This document shows, piece after piece, positions 30,203-41,354 of a stretch of 64,000 nucleotides of DNA. The stretch covers positions 416,001-480,000 of the forward strand of contig CBDCXV010000010.1 in NCBI GenBank assembly GCA_965223905.1, read 5' to 3'. Below the pieces are notes generated by a model that searched no databases, was not told the DNA's origin, and was given only the letters and a program-made list of their open reading frames with translations. Position 1 is the first letter of the stretch, and each line of letters begins with the position of its first letter. The position numbers and the translations under genes were made by a program. Source of the DNA: Candidatus Latescibacterota bacterium. GTDB taxonomy: Bacteria > Latescibacterota > UBA2968 > UBA8231.

Positions 30203-32968
30203 ATGCCGAGTGCCAACCAGACGCCCGAACAGGCAGCGCGAGAAAAAATCGACGAACGGCTGTCCTATGCGGGCTGGATAGTTCAGGACAAGACGAGAAT
30301 CGACTTCAACGCTGGGCTCGGGGTCGCCGTTCGCGAGTATCAGACGGATGTTGGCCCGGCTGATTACGCTCTCTTTGTCGACAAGAAACCTGTCGGCATT
30401 GTCGAGGCCAAGCCGGAGGATTGGGGCCAAAAAATCACGACTGTCGAGGGACAATCCGCCGCCTATGCCGCTGCCAAGCTCAAGTGGGTGAACAATAAAG
30501 AACCCCTGCCATTCGTCTACGAAAGCACTGGTGTGCTAACGCGCTTCACCAACGGACGCGATCCGAAGCCCCGCTCCCGGGAAGTGTTCAACTACCCTCG
30601 GCCAAAGACGATGCAGAACTGGCACGCCCAGTCGGACTCCCTTCGTGGGCGGCTCAAAAAGCTTCGGGATTTAGAACCTGTAGGGCTCAGGGCCTGCCAG
30701 ATCAGCGCCATCGAGAGGTTGGAGGCATCTTTCAAAGATGACCGCCCGCGCGCCCTCATTCAGATGGCCACTGGATCGGGCAAGACCTACACCGCCATCA
30801 CCTCGATCTACCGGCTGTTCAAACACGCCGACGCCAAGCGCATCCTCTTTCTCGTAGACACAAGGCATCTGGGAGAACAGGCCGAGCAGGAATTCATGGC
30901 CTACGTACCCAGTGACGACAACCGGAAATTCACCGAGCTCTACAACGTCCAGCGTCTCAGATCCTCCTTCGTCGCGCAGGACAGCCAAGTCTGTATCAGC
31001 ACCATCCAGCGTATGTATTCGCTTCTGAAGGGCGAGGAGTTGGACGAATCCGTCGAAGAGATCAATCCGGAGGAAATGGTCAGGCCCAAAAAGCCGATGC
31101 CGGTTGTCTATAACGAAAGGATTCCACCCGAGTTCTTCGACTTCATCATCATCGACGAGTGCCACCGCTCAATCTACAACCTCTGGCGTCAGGTTTTGGA
31201 GTATTTTGACGCCTACCTCGTCGGCCTGACCGCGACGCCTGACAACCGCACCTATGGATTTTTCAGAAAGAACGTCGTCAGCGAGTACACCCATGAGCAA
31301 GCGGTTGCCGACGGCGTCAATGTCGGCAACGAGGTCTATGTCATCGACACGAAAAGGACAAAGCATGGCGGTCAGCTCAAGGCCCTCCAGGAGGTCGAGA
31401 AGCGTGAGCGTCTGACGCGCCGAAAGCGCTGGGAAATTCAGGACGAGGACGTCACCTATACCGCCAGTGAACTGGACCATTCCGTCGTCAATCCCGACCA
31501 GATCCGCACCGTCATTCGCACCTTCCGCGACAAACTGCCTGAGGTATTCCCGGGCCGCGGCGAAGTCCCGAAGACACTGATTTTTGCAAAGACCGACAGC
31601 CACGCCGACGACATCATCCAGACCGTGCGCGAAGAATTCGCGGAAGGCAACGAGTTCTGCAAAAAGGTCACCTACAAAACCGAAGAAGACCCAGCGTCCG
31701 TCCTCGCCCAGTTCAGAAACGACTACTACCCGCGTATCGCTGTGACCGTGGATATGATTGCCACGGGTACCGACGTCAAGCCGCTCGAATGCCTGCTCTT
31801 CATGCGCGACGTGAGGAGCCTCAACTATTTCGAGCAGATGAAGGGACGTGGCACCCGCACACTTGACCATGACGATCTCAAGAAAGTCTCCCCCTCCGCT
31901 GTCAGTGGAAAGACCCACTATGTAATCGTGGACGCCGTCGGCGTCACAAAATCACTCAAGACCGCCAGCCAGCCGCTCATCACCAAACCCTCCGTGCCAC
32001 TCAAGGATCTCGCCATGAGCGTGATGATGGGTGTGTACGACGAAGACACCGTTTGTTCCCTTGCCGGCCGCCTCGCCCGACTCAATCGACAACTCGACCA
32101 CGCTGAGCAGGAACGTATCCAAGAAAAGGCTGGCGGTATCGAACTCACCAACATCGTCGGCAATCTGCTGAAGGCCATCGACCCAGACCAAATCGAAGCG
32201 AAAGCCCGCGAGACCGAGCGTGTGCCCGACGAGGCCGAGCCGTCACCGGCCGCACGCGAAAAGGCTCGGGAGCAGCTAGTCCGTGACGCCGCCAACGTGT
32301 TCAACGGCGAGCTGATCGAGATGATCGACTCGATTCGTCGCGACAAGGAACAGACCATCGACCATGACAGCCTGGATACCGTGGAGCGCGCCGAATGGGA
32401 AGGCGACGCGAACGAGAATGCCGAAGCCATGGCACAGGAGTTCCGCCAGTATTTGGAAGCGAATCGAGACAAGATCGAAGCCCTGACCATCTTCTATGAC
32501 CAGCCGCACAGGCGCAGAGAACTGACCTACGAGATGATCCGGGAGGTTTGCAACAAGCTCAAAAGCGACCAGCCTCGACTGGCCCCTTTGCGGGTCTGGC
32601 AGGCATACTCCTTGCTGGATGAGTACAAGGGCCGCCAACTGGCCAGTGAGCTAACCGCGCTCGTGGCCTTGATCCGCCGCGTCTGCGGTATCGACGCGAC
32701 GCTGTCTCCCTATTCGGAAACCGTGCGCCGCAATTTTCAGAATTGGATTATGGCACACCACAGCGGCAGCGGAGAGAAGTTCAACGAGGAGCAGATGGAC
32801 TGGCTGCGCATGATCCGTGAGCACATCATCACCTCGTTTCATCTGGAACGCGACGATCTGGACATGGCTCCGTTCGATGGCAAAGGTGGGCTGGGGCAGA
32901 TGTACAAGCTCTTCGGCGACTGGATGGATGAGGTGATTGACCAGTTGAATGAGGCATTGGCTGCATGA
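30203..32968 (+). CDS. hsdR: Type I restriction enzyme R subunit
   Basis: ADY...VEAK nuclease motif, QMATGSGKT, DECHR, GLTATP, QMKGRGTR, EcoEI-like C-terminus. Confidence 0.95.
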   Translation: MPSANQTPEQAAREKIDERLSYAGWIVQDKTRIDFNAGLGVAVREYQTDVGPADYALFVDKKPVGIVEAKPEDWGQKITTVEGQSAAYAAAKLKWVNNKEPLPFVYESTGVLTRFTNGRDPKPRSREVFNYPRPKTMQNWHAQSDSLRGRLKKLRDLEPVGLRACQISAIERLEASFKDDRPRALIQMATGSGKTYTAITSIYRLFKHADAKRILFLVDTRHLGEQAEQEFMAYVPSDDNRKFTELYNVQRLRSSFVAQDSQVCISTIQRMYSLLKGEELDESVEEINPEEMVRPKKPMPVVYNERIPPEFFDFIIIDECHRSIYNLWRQVLEYFDAYLVGLTATPDNRTYGFFRKNVVSEYTHEQAVADGVNVGNEVYVIDTKRTKHGGQLKALQEVEKRERLTRRKRWEIQDEDVTYTASELDHSVVNPDQIRTVIRTFRDKLPEVFPGRGEVPKTLIFAKTDSHADDIIQTVREEFAEGNEFCKKVTYKTEEDPASVLAQFRNDYYPRIAVTVDMIATGTDVKPLECLLFMRDVRSLNYFEQMKGRGTRTLDHDDLKKVSPSAVSGKTHYVIVDAVGVTKSLKTASQPLITKPSVPLKDLAMSVMMGVYDEDTVCSLAGRLARLNRQLDHAEQERIQEKAGGIELTNIVGNLLKAIDPDQIEAKARETERVPDEAEPSPAAREKAREQLVRDAANVFNGELIEMIDSIRRDKEQTIDHDSLDTVERAEWEGDANENAEAMAQEFRQYLEANRDKIEALTIFYDQPHRRRELTYEMIREVCNKLKSDQPRLAPLRVWQAYSLLDEYKGRQLASELTALVALIRRVCGIDATLSPYSETVRRNFQNWIMAHHSGSGEKFNEEQMDWLRMIREHIITSFHLERDDLDMAPFDGKGGLGQMYKLFGDWMDEVIDQLNEALAA

Positions 32969-34548
32969 GCCGTGAGCCAGAATCGCGATGGGCACTACCT
33001 AATAGCTGGGTGTGGACCAAGCTATCAGCACTCGGCGACATCGTCGCAGGTGGAACGCCGTCAACCAAAGAACCGACATATTGGAAAGATGAGGTCAATT
33101 GGATTTCACCAGCCGACTTGACTGGGTACTCGGCAAAGACCATCGAGAGAGGGACAAAGAGCATTTCCAAGATCGGCCTCGCGAATAGCTCGGCGAGGGT
33201 GATACCAGCCGGTAGCGTACACTTTTCCTCACGCGCACCAATTGGCTACGTCGTCATTAGCTCGGAGCCGCTAGCCACAAATCAAGGTTTCAAAAGCCTC
33301 GTTCCCGCGCCTAGTATTTTCAACGAGTACGTCTACTACTACTTGATGGCGTCACGAGACTACGCGCGCAAACGTGCGAGTGGTACGACGTTCTTAGAGC
33401 TATCTGGTAGAGCCTTCGGCGACCTTCCGATACCTCTCGCTCCAACAGCCATGCAACACAAGATTGTCGCCAAGATCGAGGAACTTTTCTCCGAACTGGA
33501 CAAGGGCGTCGAGAGCCTGAAGACGGCACGCGCACAGCTCAACGTCTATCGCCAAGCCGTGCTCAAGCACGCCTTCGAAGGCAAGCTCACAGCCAAATGG
33601 CGCGAAGAGAACAAAGACAAGCTTGAGACGCCCGAACAATTACTCGCTCGCATCAAACAGGAGCGGGAGGCACGTTACGAACAGCAACTTCAGGAGTGGA
33701 AGGCCGCCGTCAAGAAATGGGAGGAAGGCGGTAAGTCAGGCAAGAGGCCGGCGCGGTCAAGAATGCCCAAGCCAGTTTCAATGATGGCAGAAGAGGAGAT
33801 TACCCACCTAGAATCACTGCCGAGTGGTTGGCTATGGTTGACCGCCGAGTCTGTAGGAATCGTCCAACTTGGTCGACAACGTTCTCCAAAGAACAGGTCT
33901 AAGGATTACCCCACGAAGTACATCCGAGCTGCGAACATTACAGAACAGGGTTTGGATTTGGACGACGTTCTCGACATGGACTTCCTTCCTCACGAACTAA
34001 GCGCATATCGTCTGGGAAAGGGTGATTTGGTGCTGTCTGAAGCATCCGGCAGCGCAGCGCAAGTCGGAAAGCCAGCGATTTGGGACGATCAGATTCCGAA
34101 TTGCTGCTTTCAAAACACCGTTATCAGACATCAACCATATTGTCGTGACTATGCGGTTTATCTGCTTTGGTTGTATCGCTTCTTCTATGTGAGCGGGAAA
34201 TTTGCTCAAGTTGCAGGCGGCGTGGGAATCAACCACTTAAGTGCATTCAAGTTTGCTCAGATCGCGCTCCCTCTCTGCTCTCTGGCCGAACAGCATGAAA
34301 TTGTCCGACTGTTGGAGGAGCGATTCGCGGCGATCGAGCAGCAGGAGCGAGAGATCGATTCGGCCTTGAATCAGGCGGAGATGCTGCGCCAATCCATCCT
34401 GAAGAACGCCTTCTCCGGCCAACTCGTCCCGCAAGACCCGGATGACGAGCCTGCATCCATCCTTCTTGAGCGCATCAAAGCCGAAAAAGCTGCACGATTT
34501 CAAAACAACACGCGGGCAAAACGCAGAAGCATAACGGCAACAGCATGA
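32965..34548 (+). CDS. hsdS: Type I R-M specificity subunit
   Basis: Two TRDs with conserved repeats (PLAP..Q..IV.KIEELF; LPL.EQ.EIV...LRQSILK.AFSGQLVPQDP). Confidence 0.93.
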   Translation: MSREPESRWALPNSWVWTKLSALGDIVAGGTPSTKEPTYWKDEVNWISPADLTGYSAKTIERGTKSISKIGLANSSARVIPAGSVHFSSRAPIGYVVISSEPLATNQGFKSLVPAPSIFNEYVYYYLMASRDYARKRASGTTFLELSGRAFGDLPIPLAPTAMQHKIVAKIEELFSELDKGVESLKTARAQLNVYRQAVLKHAFEGKLTAKWREENKDKLETPEQLLARIKQEREARYEQQLQEWKAAVKKWEEGGKSGKRPARSRMPKPVSMMAEEEITHLESLPSGWLWLTAESVGIVQLGRQRSPKNRSKDYPTKYIRAANITEQGLDLDDVLDMDFLPHELSAYRLGKGDLVLSEASGSAAQVGKPAIWDDQIPNCCFQNTVIRHQPYCRDYAVYLLWLYRFFYVSGKFAQVAGGVGINHLSAFKFAQIALPLCSLAEQHEIVRLLEERFAAIEQQEREIDSALNQAEMLRQSILKNAFSGQLVPQDPDDEPASILLERIKAEKAARFQNNTRAKRRSITATA

Positions 34549-35995
34549 CCGGCAAACTTCCCATCAACATCGACCACCTGCTGCGCCAGCGCCCCATCGA
34601 AGGCGAACGCATCGAGTACAAAGCTGGTTGGAATCCGCAGAGCGTGCTGCGCGCCATCTGCGCCTTCGCCAACGACTTCCACAATCTGGGCGGCGGTTAC
34701 GTGGTCTTGGGCGTCGAGGAACAAAATGGCCGCCCAATTTTGCCGCCCAAGGGCATCAGGCCCGATGCCATCGATGCGATACAGAAGGAACTACTCAATC
34801 TGGGGCATGCCGCCATACAGCCGCATTACCATCCCCTCACCGCTACCTATAACGTCGATGGCCAGACCATCCTCGTCCTCTGGGTGCCCGGCGGCGAAAC
34901 CCGTCCCTACAAAGCCAAAGTGAATCTGAGTGCGGAGCGCAACGATTGGGCTTACTTCATTCGCAGACACAGCAGCACGGTTCGCGCCAAGGGTCAGGAC
35001 GAGCGTGAGCTGCTCAGTCTGGCGGCCACAGTACCTTTTGACGACCGCTATCGCCAGACTGCTTCGCTTGATGACCTGTCCCATCGGCTGATCCGTGAGT
35101 TTCTCGGGGAAATCGGCAGCGAACTGGCATCGGAAGCAGAGGGCCTATCTGTTGAGGACTTGGGCAAGCGCCTGAATATCGTCGGCGGCCCGCCCGAGGC
35201 GATGTTTCCGAAGAACGTCGGTCTGCTGTTCTTCAATGAGCGGCCGGACAGGTTTTTTCCGGCCACCCAGATCGATGTCGTGTGGTTTCCCGATGGGCCG
35301 GGCGGCGATCAGTTCGAGGAGAAGGAGTTCCGCGGGCCGTTGTCCATCATTCTCAGCGAGGCGATCAGTTACATTGAGCGGAACTACCTGAAGGAAACCG
35401 TCGTCAAGTATCCCCACAAGCCGGAGGCCGAGCGATTCTGGAATTTTCCGATTGGTGCCATCGAAGAGGCGCTGGTGAACGCCATCTACCATCGCTCATA
35501 CGAGGAGCGGGAGCCGGTTGAAGTTCGGATCACCCGCGAAGAGTTGCTGGTCTTGAGTTATCCCGGTGCGGACCGCTCCATCCGTATGGATGACTTCAAG
35601 AAGGGGCAGGCCGTGAGCAGGCGCTACCGGTGCATGAACGGGCCTCGCTTGCGGCGACCGAACATGAGACCGAACAAGATAAGTCATTGAAAAATAAGAA
35701 GAAAAGTCAGGACACCCCACAAGACACCGTACATGAGACCATACATGTCACAGAACATGTTGAACGCCTGATCTCGATCCTCACGGGGGAAATGAACCGT
35801 CCTCAGCTACAGGACATCCTGGGCATAAGTAACCGGCCTCACTTCGTGCAAGCATACCTTGGCCCCGCCCTCAAGGCCGGTCTGATTGAAATGACCCTCC
35901 CGGACAAACCGCAAAGTCGCCACCAGCGCTATCGCCGAACTGCCGGCGGCGAGGCTTTGGCTGTGCGACTCAAAACAAGCGATGCCCCCACATGA
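34545..35995 (+). pseudogene. AlbA_2/Schlafen + HATPase + HTH (RecG-like) protein broken near 35628
   Basis: IEYKAGW, CAFAN..GGYVVLGV, EALVNAIYHRSY, SRRYR; the C-terminal HTH (PDKPQSRHQRYR) is in another frame. Confidence 0.75.
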
Positions 35996-37485
35996 ACACC
36001 GCTCCCATCGTCTCCAAAGTCTGGAGCTTCTGCACCACCCTGCGCGATGACGGGGTGAGCTATGGCGATTACTTAGAGCAGCTCACCTATCTGATCTTCC
36101 TCAAGATGGCCGACGAGTACGCCAAACCGCCGTACAACCGCGACGTTGGCATCCCAGCCGAATTCAACTGGCAGAGCCTGAAATCGAAGAACGGTGCGGA
36201 ACTCGAAAACCACTACGTAGCCTTGCTTCGCGCGCTTGGTACCAAGACGGACATGCTGGGCCAGATCTTTACCAAGGCCCAGAACAAAATCCAAGACCCG
36301 GCGAAACTGTATCGCCTCATCGACATGGTGGACGACACCGAATGGGTGACCATGGGTGCCGACGTAAAAGGAGATATTTACGAAGGACTTCTTGAGAAGA
36401 ACGCCGAAGACACCAAGTCAGGTGCCGGCCAGTATTTCACGCCGCGCGCCCTCATCCGCGCCATGGTCGAATGCGTCCGGCCCGAACCTGGCACCCTCAT
36501 CGCCGACCCAGCCTGCGGTACAGGCGGTTTCTTCCTCGCCGCCTACGACTTCATCACCAATCCAGACAACTTCAACCTGGACAGGAATCAGAAGGCATTC
36601 CTGAAGTACGAGGCGTTTCACGGCAACGAGATCGTCGCCAATACACGCCGTCTGTGCCTGATGAACATGTTCCTGCACAACATCGGCGAGATCGACGGTG
36701 GCGTGTCCATATCGCCAAACGATTCGCTCGTAGCCGATAGCAGAGAGCGCTTTGATTACGTCCTCGCAAATCCGCCCTTCGGCAAGAAAAGCTCAATGAG
36801 CTTCACGAACGAGGAAGGAGAACAGGAGAAAGACGACCTCACCTACAACCGGCAGGACTTCTGGGCGACGACCTCGAACAAACAACTCAATTTCGTGCAG
36901 CACATCCGCACAATGCTCAAGACCACTGGCCGCGCTGCCGTCGTCGTTCCCGACAACGTGCTGTTTGAAGGCGGTGCCGGTGAGACGATCCGCAAGAAGC
37001 TGCTGGACACCACCGACCTGCACACCATCCTGCGCTTGCCGACCGGCGTGTTCTACGCGCAAGGCGTCAAGGCCAATGTAATCTTCTTCGACAACCACGA
37101 AGCCAGCCCGAACCCCTGGACGAAGCAGGTCTGGTACTACGACTACCGCACCAATATTCACCATACGCTGAAGAAGAGCCCAATGCGCTTCGAGGATCTG
37201 TCGGATTTCGTCAACTGCTATAACCCACAGAACCGGCATCAGCGCAAGGCGACTTGGGACGAAAACGACGCACCGGAAGGACGTTGGCGCAGCTTCAGCT
37301 ACGAGGAAATCAGCGCACGCGACAAGACCAGTCTCGACATCTTCTGGCTCAAGGACAAAAACCTGACGGACCTGGACAACCTGCCCGAACCCGACGACCT
37401 CGCCGAAGAGATCATCGAGAACCTGGAGGCAGGTCTCAATAGTTTCCGCGAGGTGCTCGCAGGTTTGCGGATGTCAGATTCTTGA
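35992..37485 (+). CDS. hsdM: Type I R-M N6-adenine methyltransferase
   Basis: GQYFTPR, DPACGTGGF, NPPF. Confidence 0.95.
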   Translation: MNTAPIVSKVWSFCTTLRDDGVSYGDYLEQLTYLIFLKMADEYAKPPYNRDVGIPAEFNWQSLKSKNGAELENHYVALLRALGTKTDMLGQIFTKAQNKIQDPAKLYRLIDMVDDTEWVTMGADVKGDIYEGLLEKNAEDTKSGAGQYFTPRALIRAMVECVRPEPGTLIADPACGTGGFFLAAYDFITNPDNFNLDRNQKAFLKYEAFHGNEIVANTRRLCLMNMFLHNIGEIDGGVSISPNDSLVADSRERFDYVLANPPFGKKSSMSFTNEEGEQEKDDLTYNRQDFWATTSNKQLNFVQHIRTMLKTTGRAAVVVPDNVLFEGGAGETIRKKLLDTTDLHTILRLPTGVFYAQGVKANVIFFDNHEASPNPWTKQVWYYDYRTNIHHTLKKSPMRFEDLSDFVNCYNPQNRHQRKATWDENDAPEGRWRSFSYEEISARDKTSLDIFWLKDKNLTDLDNLPEPDDLAEEIIENLEAGLNSFREVLAGLRMSDS

Positions 37486-37754
37486 ATGAGCTAGGTAGGG
37501 CTCCCGTGAATCACCGCTTTTCTGTCCAGATAAGGTCTCCCCGGACCGAGTGGTCCCCGAATCTCAACAGTCAGGAGGGCAACCGTAGTGGCGAAGAGCA
37601 ACGGGAAGAAGAAGATCGAACCGTCAGAGGTCTGGAAGGTAGTAGGAGACGAGAAGCTTTCGTCCGGAGCTCTCCGCGTAGAGCCCACGATCAATGTCTT
37701 CTGTTGACTCGGGAACCGCGTCTCTTGTCACTTCCTGTCCAAGGAATCCTCAAT

Positions 37755-38127
37755 TTATCCAAATGGTTTTGAGCTTGCTGGGTGGTAATCATGGAGCCCA
37801 GCGTTATGCCCACCCGTAAGGCACATCAACCGAACAGTGCTGAAGGCTTCAATTTTGGTAAAATCTGCAACCCAGATCTCCATAAACCCAGTTTTATTTT
37901 TTAATTCCTCAAGTATTTCTGCTTCAAGAAATTGCTCAACAAATTCAATTGGGGCATCATACAACGCAAGGACAAGGATTGTTGAATCGGGAAGTTCCCA
38001 CCCAACAGAGGCTCTCTTCTCTTCCTTTTTGTGCACCAATTCCTGCAGTCGAATAGCGGTATCAAATGGGTTAATAAATTCATCCCCAGTGAAAATGCGC
38101 CGCCAAAACCGGGTCTGGGGGTCTGTA
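37755..38127 (-). pseudogene. C-terminal fragment of a low-GC hypothetical gene truncated at the IS
   Basis: TDPQTRFWRR...GFMEIWVADF...SKPFG*; the frame begins at the IS boundary with no native start. Confidence 0.6.
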
Positions 38128-38133
38128 TTATTA

Positions 38134-39511
38134 CTGGACTTTTGCAAAAGGCAGAATTCCTGGGATAATCGGTCAAGGATAGAGGGTAGCGCGAACTCGA
38201 TGGAACTTGGTATGTTTGGTAGGACGAAGGCATCCCCCGCTTTCGTTTCCCCTGGCCATGAGAGAGGTTGTTCATGCCAGGTATTGTTGATTTTCCCACG
38301 GTGGTTGAAGACGCGGTGGCAGAGTTCGGCGGCCTCTTCGCCAACGCCCCGGAGCGCCGGCATTTTGGCGAATACCTGACCGGGCTTCTGGTGACGGCGC
38401 GCAAAAACGTATCGGCGATCAACGCCGAGTTTGTCGACACCACGGACCAGTCCTGCCTGAATCGCTGGATTACGCAGGTGCGATGGGACGGGAAATGGCT
38501 CAACGAACACCGCCTGGAATGGTTGCAGGATCGTCCCTCGACGCGCTATTCGGGGCGCGGGGTGATCGCCATCGACTACCTTGGTCGGCCACAGCGGAGA
38601 CAAGATCGAGGACGTGGGTTGGTTTTGGGATCACTCCGACCAGCGCTATATGATTGCCCACGACTACGTCATCGCCAACTACGTGTGCACCTCGGGGAAA
38701 TACTATCCGTTGGAATTCCGTCGCTTTCGCAAGCGCCAGGAAGGGGAGACGGACACCTCCTTCAAGAGCCATACCGAGCTGTTCAAAGAGCTCGTGGACG
38801 GGGTCGTGTTCCGCCAGATCCCGGGCGATTTCGCCTTCGACTGCTACTTCAGCAGTGTCGAGTGTCTCGATCACATCCATAGTCATGAGCGCGGCTACGT
38901 AGGGGCCCTGAAGAGCAACCGCAAGGTCGAGTTCAAGGGCGGCCTGATGAAGGCCACGGAAGTGGCTGCGAATATCCCGCCCGAGGATCGCAAACAGGTC
39001 AGCATCGGCAAGCGCAAACAATGGTATTTCACCAAAACCCTGAGTCTGCCCAAGCTCAAGCACCGGGTTCGCCTGGTGATCCTGTGGGATCGCAAGAACG
39101 GCAGGGAAGCGGTCAAGTTTCTACTGACCAATCGCGTGCACTGGGAGATCAGTCGTATTCTGAATGTTTATCGCAAACGCTGGACGGGCACCGAGACTTT
39201 TCATCGGGACGGCAAGCACCATCTGGGCATGGGAGACTGTCAGTTACGCAGCGGCGAGGGCCAGACTCGGCATATGTACCTCGTGATGCTGACGCACAGT
39301 CTGCTCATGGCACGGATGCGGCAGGGCCGTGCGCGTGACTGGGCTCATACCGTGCTGACGACCATTGGCGAGGCCTGTCGAGCCGTGTCGCGAGAAACGC
39401 TCAGTAAAACCATCACCTGGGTAGTGGACCAAGCCACAATAGGGTGGACGCAGGAGAGAATCGTCGCACACCTAAAACTTGTGTAAAAAAGCGGAGTTTG
39501 CAAAAGTCCAG
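38134..39511 (+). mobile_element. IS701-like insertion sequence
   Basis: Perfect 15-bp TIRs CTGGACTTTTGCAAA / TTTGCAAAAGTCCAG; TTATTA directly repeated on both flanks (38128-38133, 39512-39517). Confidence 0.9.
38274..39486 (+). pseudogene. DDE transposase (IS701-like), frameshifted near 38578
   Basis: YLTGLL...KNVSAIN...VIAID, then a frame change to LVGHSG...FDCYF...Y.KRW..ETFHRDGK..LG. Confidence 0.85.
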
Positions 39512-39512
39512 T

Positions 39513-39622
39513 TATTACGTAACGGGGAAAAAGCTGTTTTGCCTTGCCTGTGGGGAACGCCCGGATTTCATTGTGGGTGACGAGAAGGGAAGTCGCTATG
39601 GGCTTGAATTGACTCTAGTTAT
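39513..39622 (+). pseudogene. Fragment with PD-(D/E)xK-like motif (GERPDFI...GLELT)
   Basis: YYVTGKKLFCLACGERPDFIVGDEKGSRYGLELTLVI begins immediately at the IS right end. Confidence 0.5.
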
Positions 39623-39755
39623 TAGGCTGCCCGGTCAGTCAACAACCCTTCGAAGGCTTTCCTGCAACAACTCCCCAGCCAGCCGGGCCACCGGATCGAA
39701 CCACCCCAAAGTCACCACCTGTCCCGGAGCGTCCCGTCAAACCACATAGCCAAAT

Positions 39756-39854
39756 GCGAGGGAGTGGGCGGTCGTGCATCGAGACGATCTGCTGGAGAAC
39801 TGGGACCTATGCCGTCAACTGAAGCCGCCGCAACCGATCCCACCGCTGGAGTAG
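39756..39854 (+). pseudogene. C-terminal remnant of a DUF4160 protein
   Basis: REWAVVHRDDLLENWDLCRQLKPPQPIPPLE*, the typical DUF4160 ending, overlapping the DUF2442 gene. Confidence 0.7.
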
Positions 39855-40144
39855 TTCCCCCGCCTCGACCCTCCGCGCCCTGGCGGGTGCAAAGCGTCAA
39901 GGCGCTGCCTGGACTGCGGTTGCAGGTCCGCTTTGCGGACGGCACATCGGGCCAGGTGGACATGAAGAGATTCCTCGGGAGCCCGGACATTCGTGGCACT
40001 GTCTTCGAGCCGCTCGTAGACGAGAGCTTGTTCGGCCAGGTCCGGGTTGACCTGGGAGCCGTCGTCTGGCCAACGGGGGCTGACCTGTCCCCCGATGCCA
40101 TGTACGACGCCATCCGTGCTTCAGGAGAGTGGGTCCTCGAGTAG
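39809..40144 (+). CDS. DUF2442 domain protein
   Basis: V..LPGLRLQVRFADG..G.VD...VFEPL.D..LF.QV...GAVVWP.GADLSPDAMY. Confidence 0.82.
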   Translation: MPSTEAAATDPTAGVVPPPRPSAPWRVQSVKALPGLRLQVRFADGTSGQVDMKRFLGSPDIRGTVFEPLVDESLFGQVRVDLGAVVWPTGADLSPDAMYDAIRASGEWVLE

Positions 40145-40239
40145 TTCGGGATCCCTCGCCAACGCCAGCCCACCAAGCCGGCACCCCCCACCCGGGGCGC
40201 GGGGGTTCCAGGTGAATCCCGCCGCCCTCGTTCGCCTGC

Positions 40240-41274
40240 TTACCCGCGCGGGCACTCCTCCTCCGGCACTTCCACGATCTCCCACAGCCACTGCTTGAAC
40301 ACTCCGGGGTCCCCCCAGGCGCCGTCGTCCAGGCGGTTGCTGAAGGCGAGCTTCGGGGGCCCGGGCTCGAACGGCGTCCACAGCGGGCACATGTCCGCGG
40401 CCCCGTGCTGGGGCCGGTCGCTCGTCGTCGCCAGCACCTCGTCGTTGACCAGCTCCCAGTGCAGGGGGTCCTTCCCGCGGAAGTGCCCGTAGCGCCGCGG
40501 TTTGGCGTCCCCGGGAAGGCTGTACTGGAGCGCGAACATCTGCCACTCGCCGCCGGTGCGAAACACGCGGGGGGACTCCACCCCGCGGTCGGTGCGCAGT
40601 ATCGGCTCGGGGTGAATGCGGTAGGGGCCCTCCGGCCGGTCGACGGATGTGCGGGCGACGCCGAAGACGCGGTTGGCGTGGGTCTGGCCCGGGCCCATCC
40701 CCTTGAAGAACAGCAGCACCTCCTCCCCGGTCACCACGGCGTTGGGGTCGTCGTGCCGTATCGAACGCCATTCGGCGTCGTAGTCGGTCACCGGTCCCCT
40801 CTTCTCGAACGGCCCCGCCGGAGCCCCCGTTTCGTCCGCCGGCGCCACGGCCAGGTGAATGAGGCCGGGCAGGTCCTCCCGGTTGGTGGTGCGCGCGAAC
40901 GGCCCGGCCGGGTTCGCCGGCCCCTTGCCGGCGTAGAACAGCAGCACCTTGTCTCCCGCCACAGCCACCCCTGGACTGGCGACTCCGACGCAGTCGCCGT
41001 CCGAGCGCGCCACGTCCCCCCGCCAGCGGCCCCGGGTGAGGGCGAAGCCGTGATCCTGCCAGCTCTGGAAGTCGGTGGTCGTGAGGTAGCGGGGCTCCGC
41101 TTCCCATGAATCGAGGGGATCGTCGAAAGCCGTCTCCCTGCGCGGGTCGTAGGCGTCGGTGAACAGGTGGACGGTACCGGCGCGGTCCCGGTAGGCCGCC
41201 ACCATGCGGGTGCACAGCGGGGCGAGGCTGAGAACGGGGCGGTCCCGCGCGGGCACGAAGCGATAGCTGTTCAT
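40240..41274 (-). CDS. Five-bladed beta-propeller glycoside hydrolase-like protein
   Basis: TTDFQSWQDHG, HDDP, PEGPY...PIL, VESP, DPLHWE. Confidence 0.65.
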   Translation of the reverse strand: MNSYRFVPARDRPVLSLAPLCTRMVAAYRDRAGTVHLFTDAYDPRRETAFDDPLDSWEAEPRYLTTTDFQSWQDHGFALTRGRWRGDVARSDGDCVGVASPGVAVAGDKVLLFYAGKGPANPAGPFARTTNREDLPGLIHLAVAPADETGAPAGPFEKRGPVTDYDAEWRSIRHDDPNAVVTGEEVLLFFKGMGPGQTHANRVFGVARTSVDRPEGPYRIHPEPILRTDRGVESPRVFRTGGEWQMFALQYSLPGDAKPRRYGHFRGKDPLHWELVNDEVLATTSDRPQHGAADMCPLWTPFEPGPPKLAFSNRLDDGAWGDPGVFKQWLWEIVEVPEEECPRG

Positions 41275-41354
41275 CTCATCCTTCCTTTGAGCTGGATCTC
41301 CCTGCGGCCTCGGCAGGGTGCGGACAGGTTGGACCCGGCTTAGGTTATGCCGCC

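Noticed and set aside
37486-37772. Short ORFs after hsdM
   Set aside because: No motif recognised; probably gene debris at the island edge
39610-39760. Possible integron attC site near the gene fragments
   Set aside because: No matching RYYYAAC/GTTRRRY pair with a hairpin, and the recombinase in the window lacks IntI features
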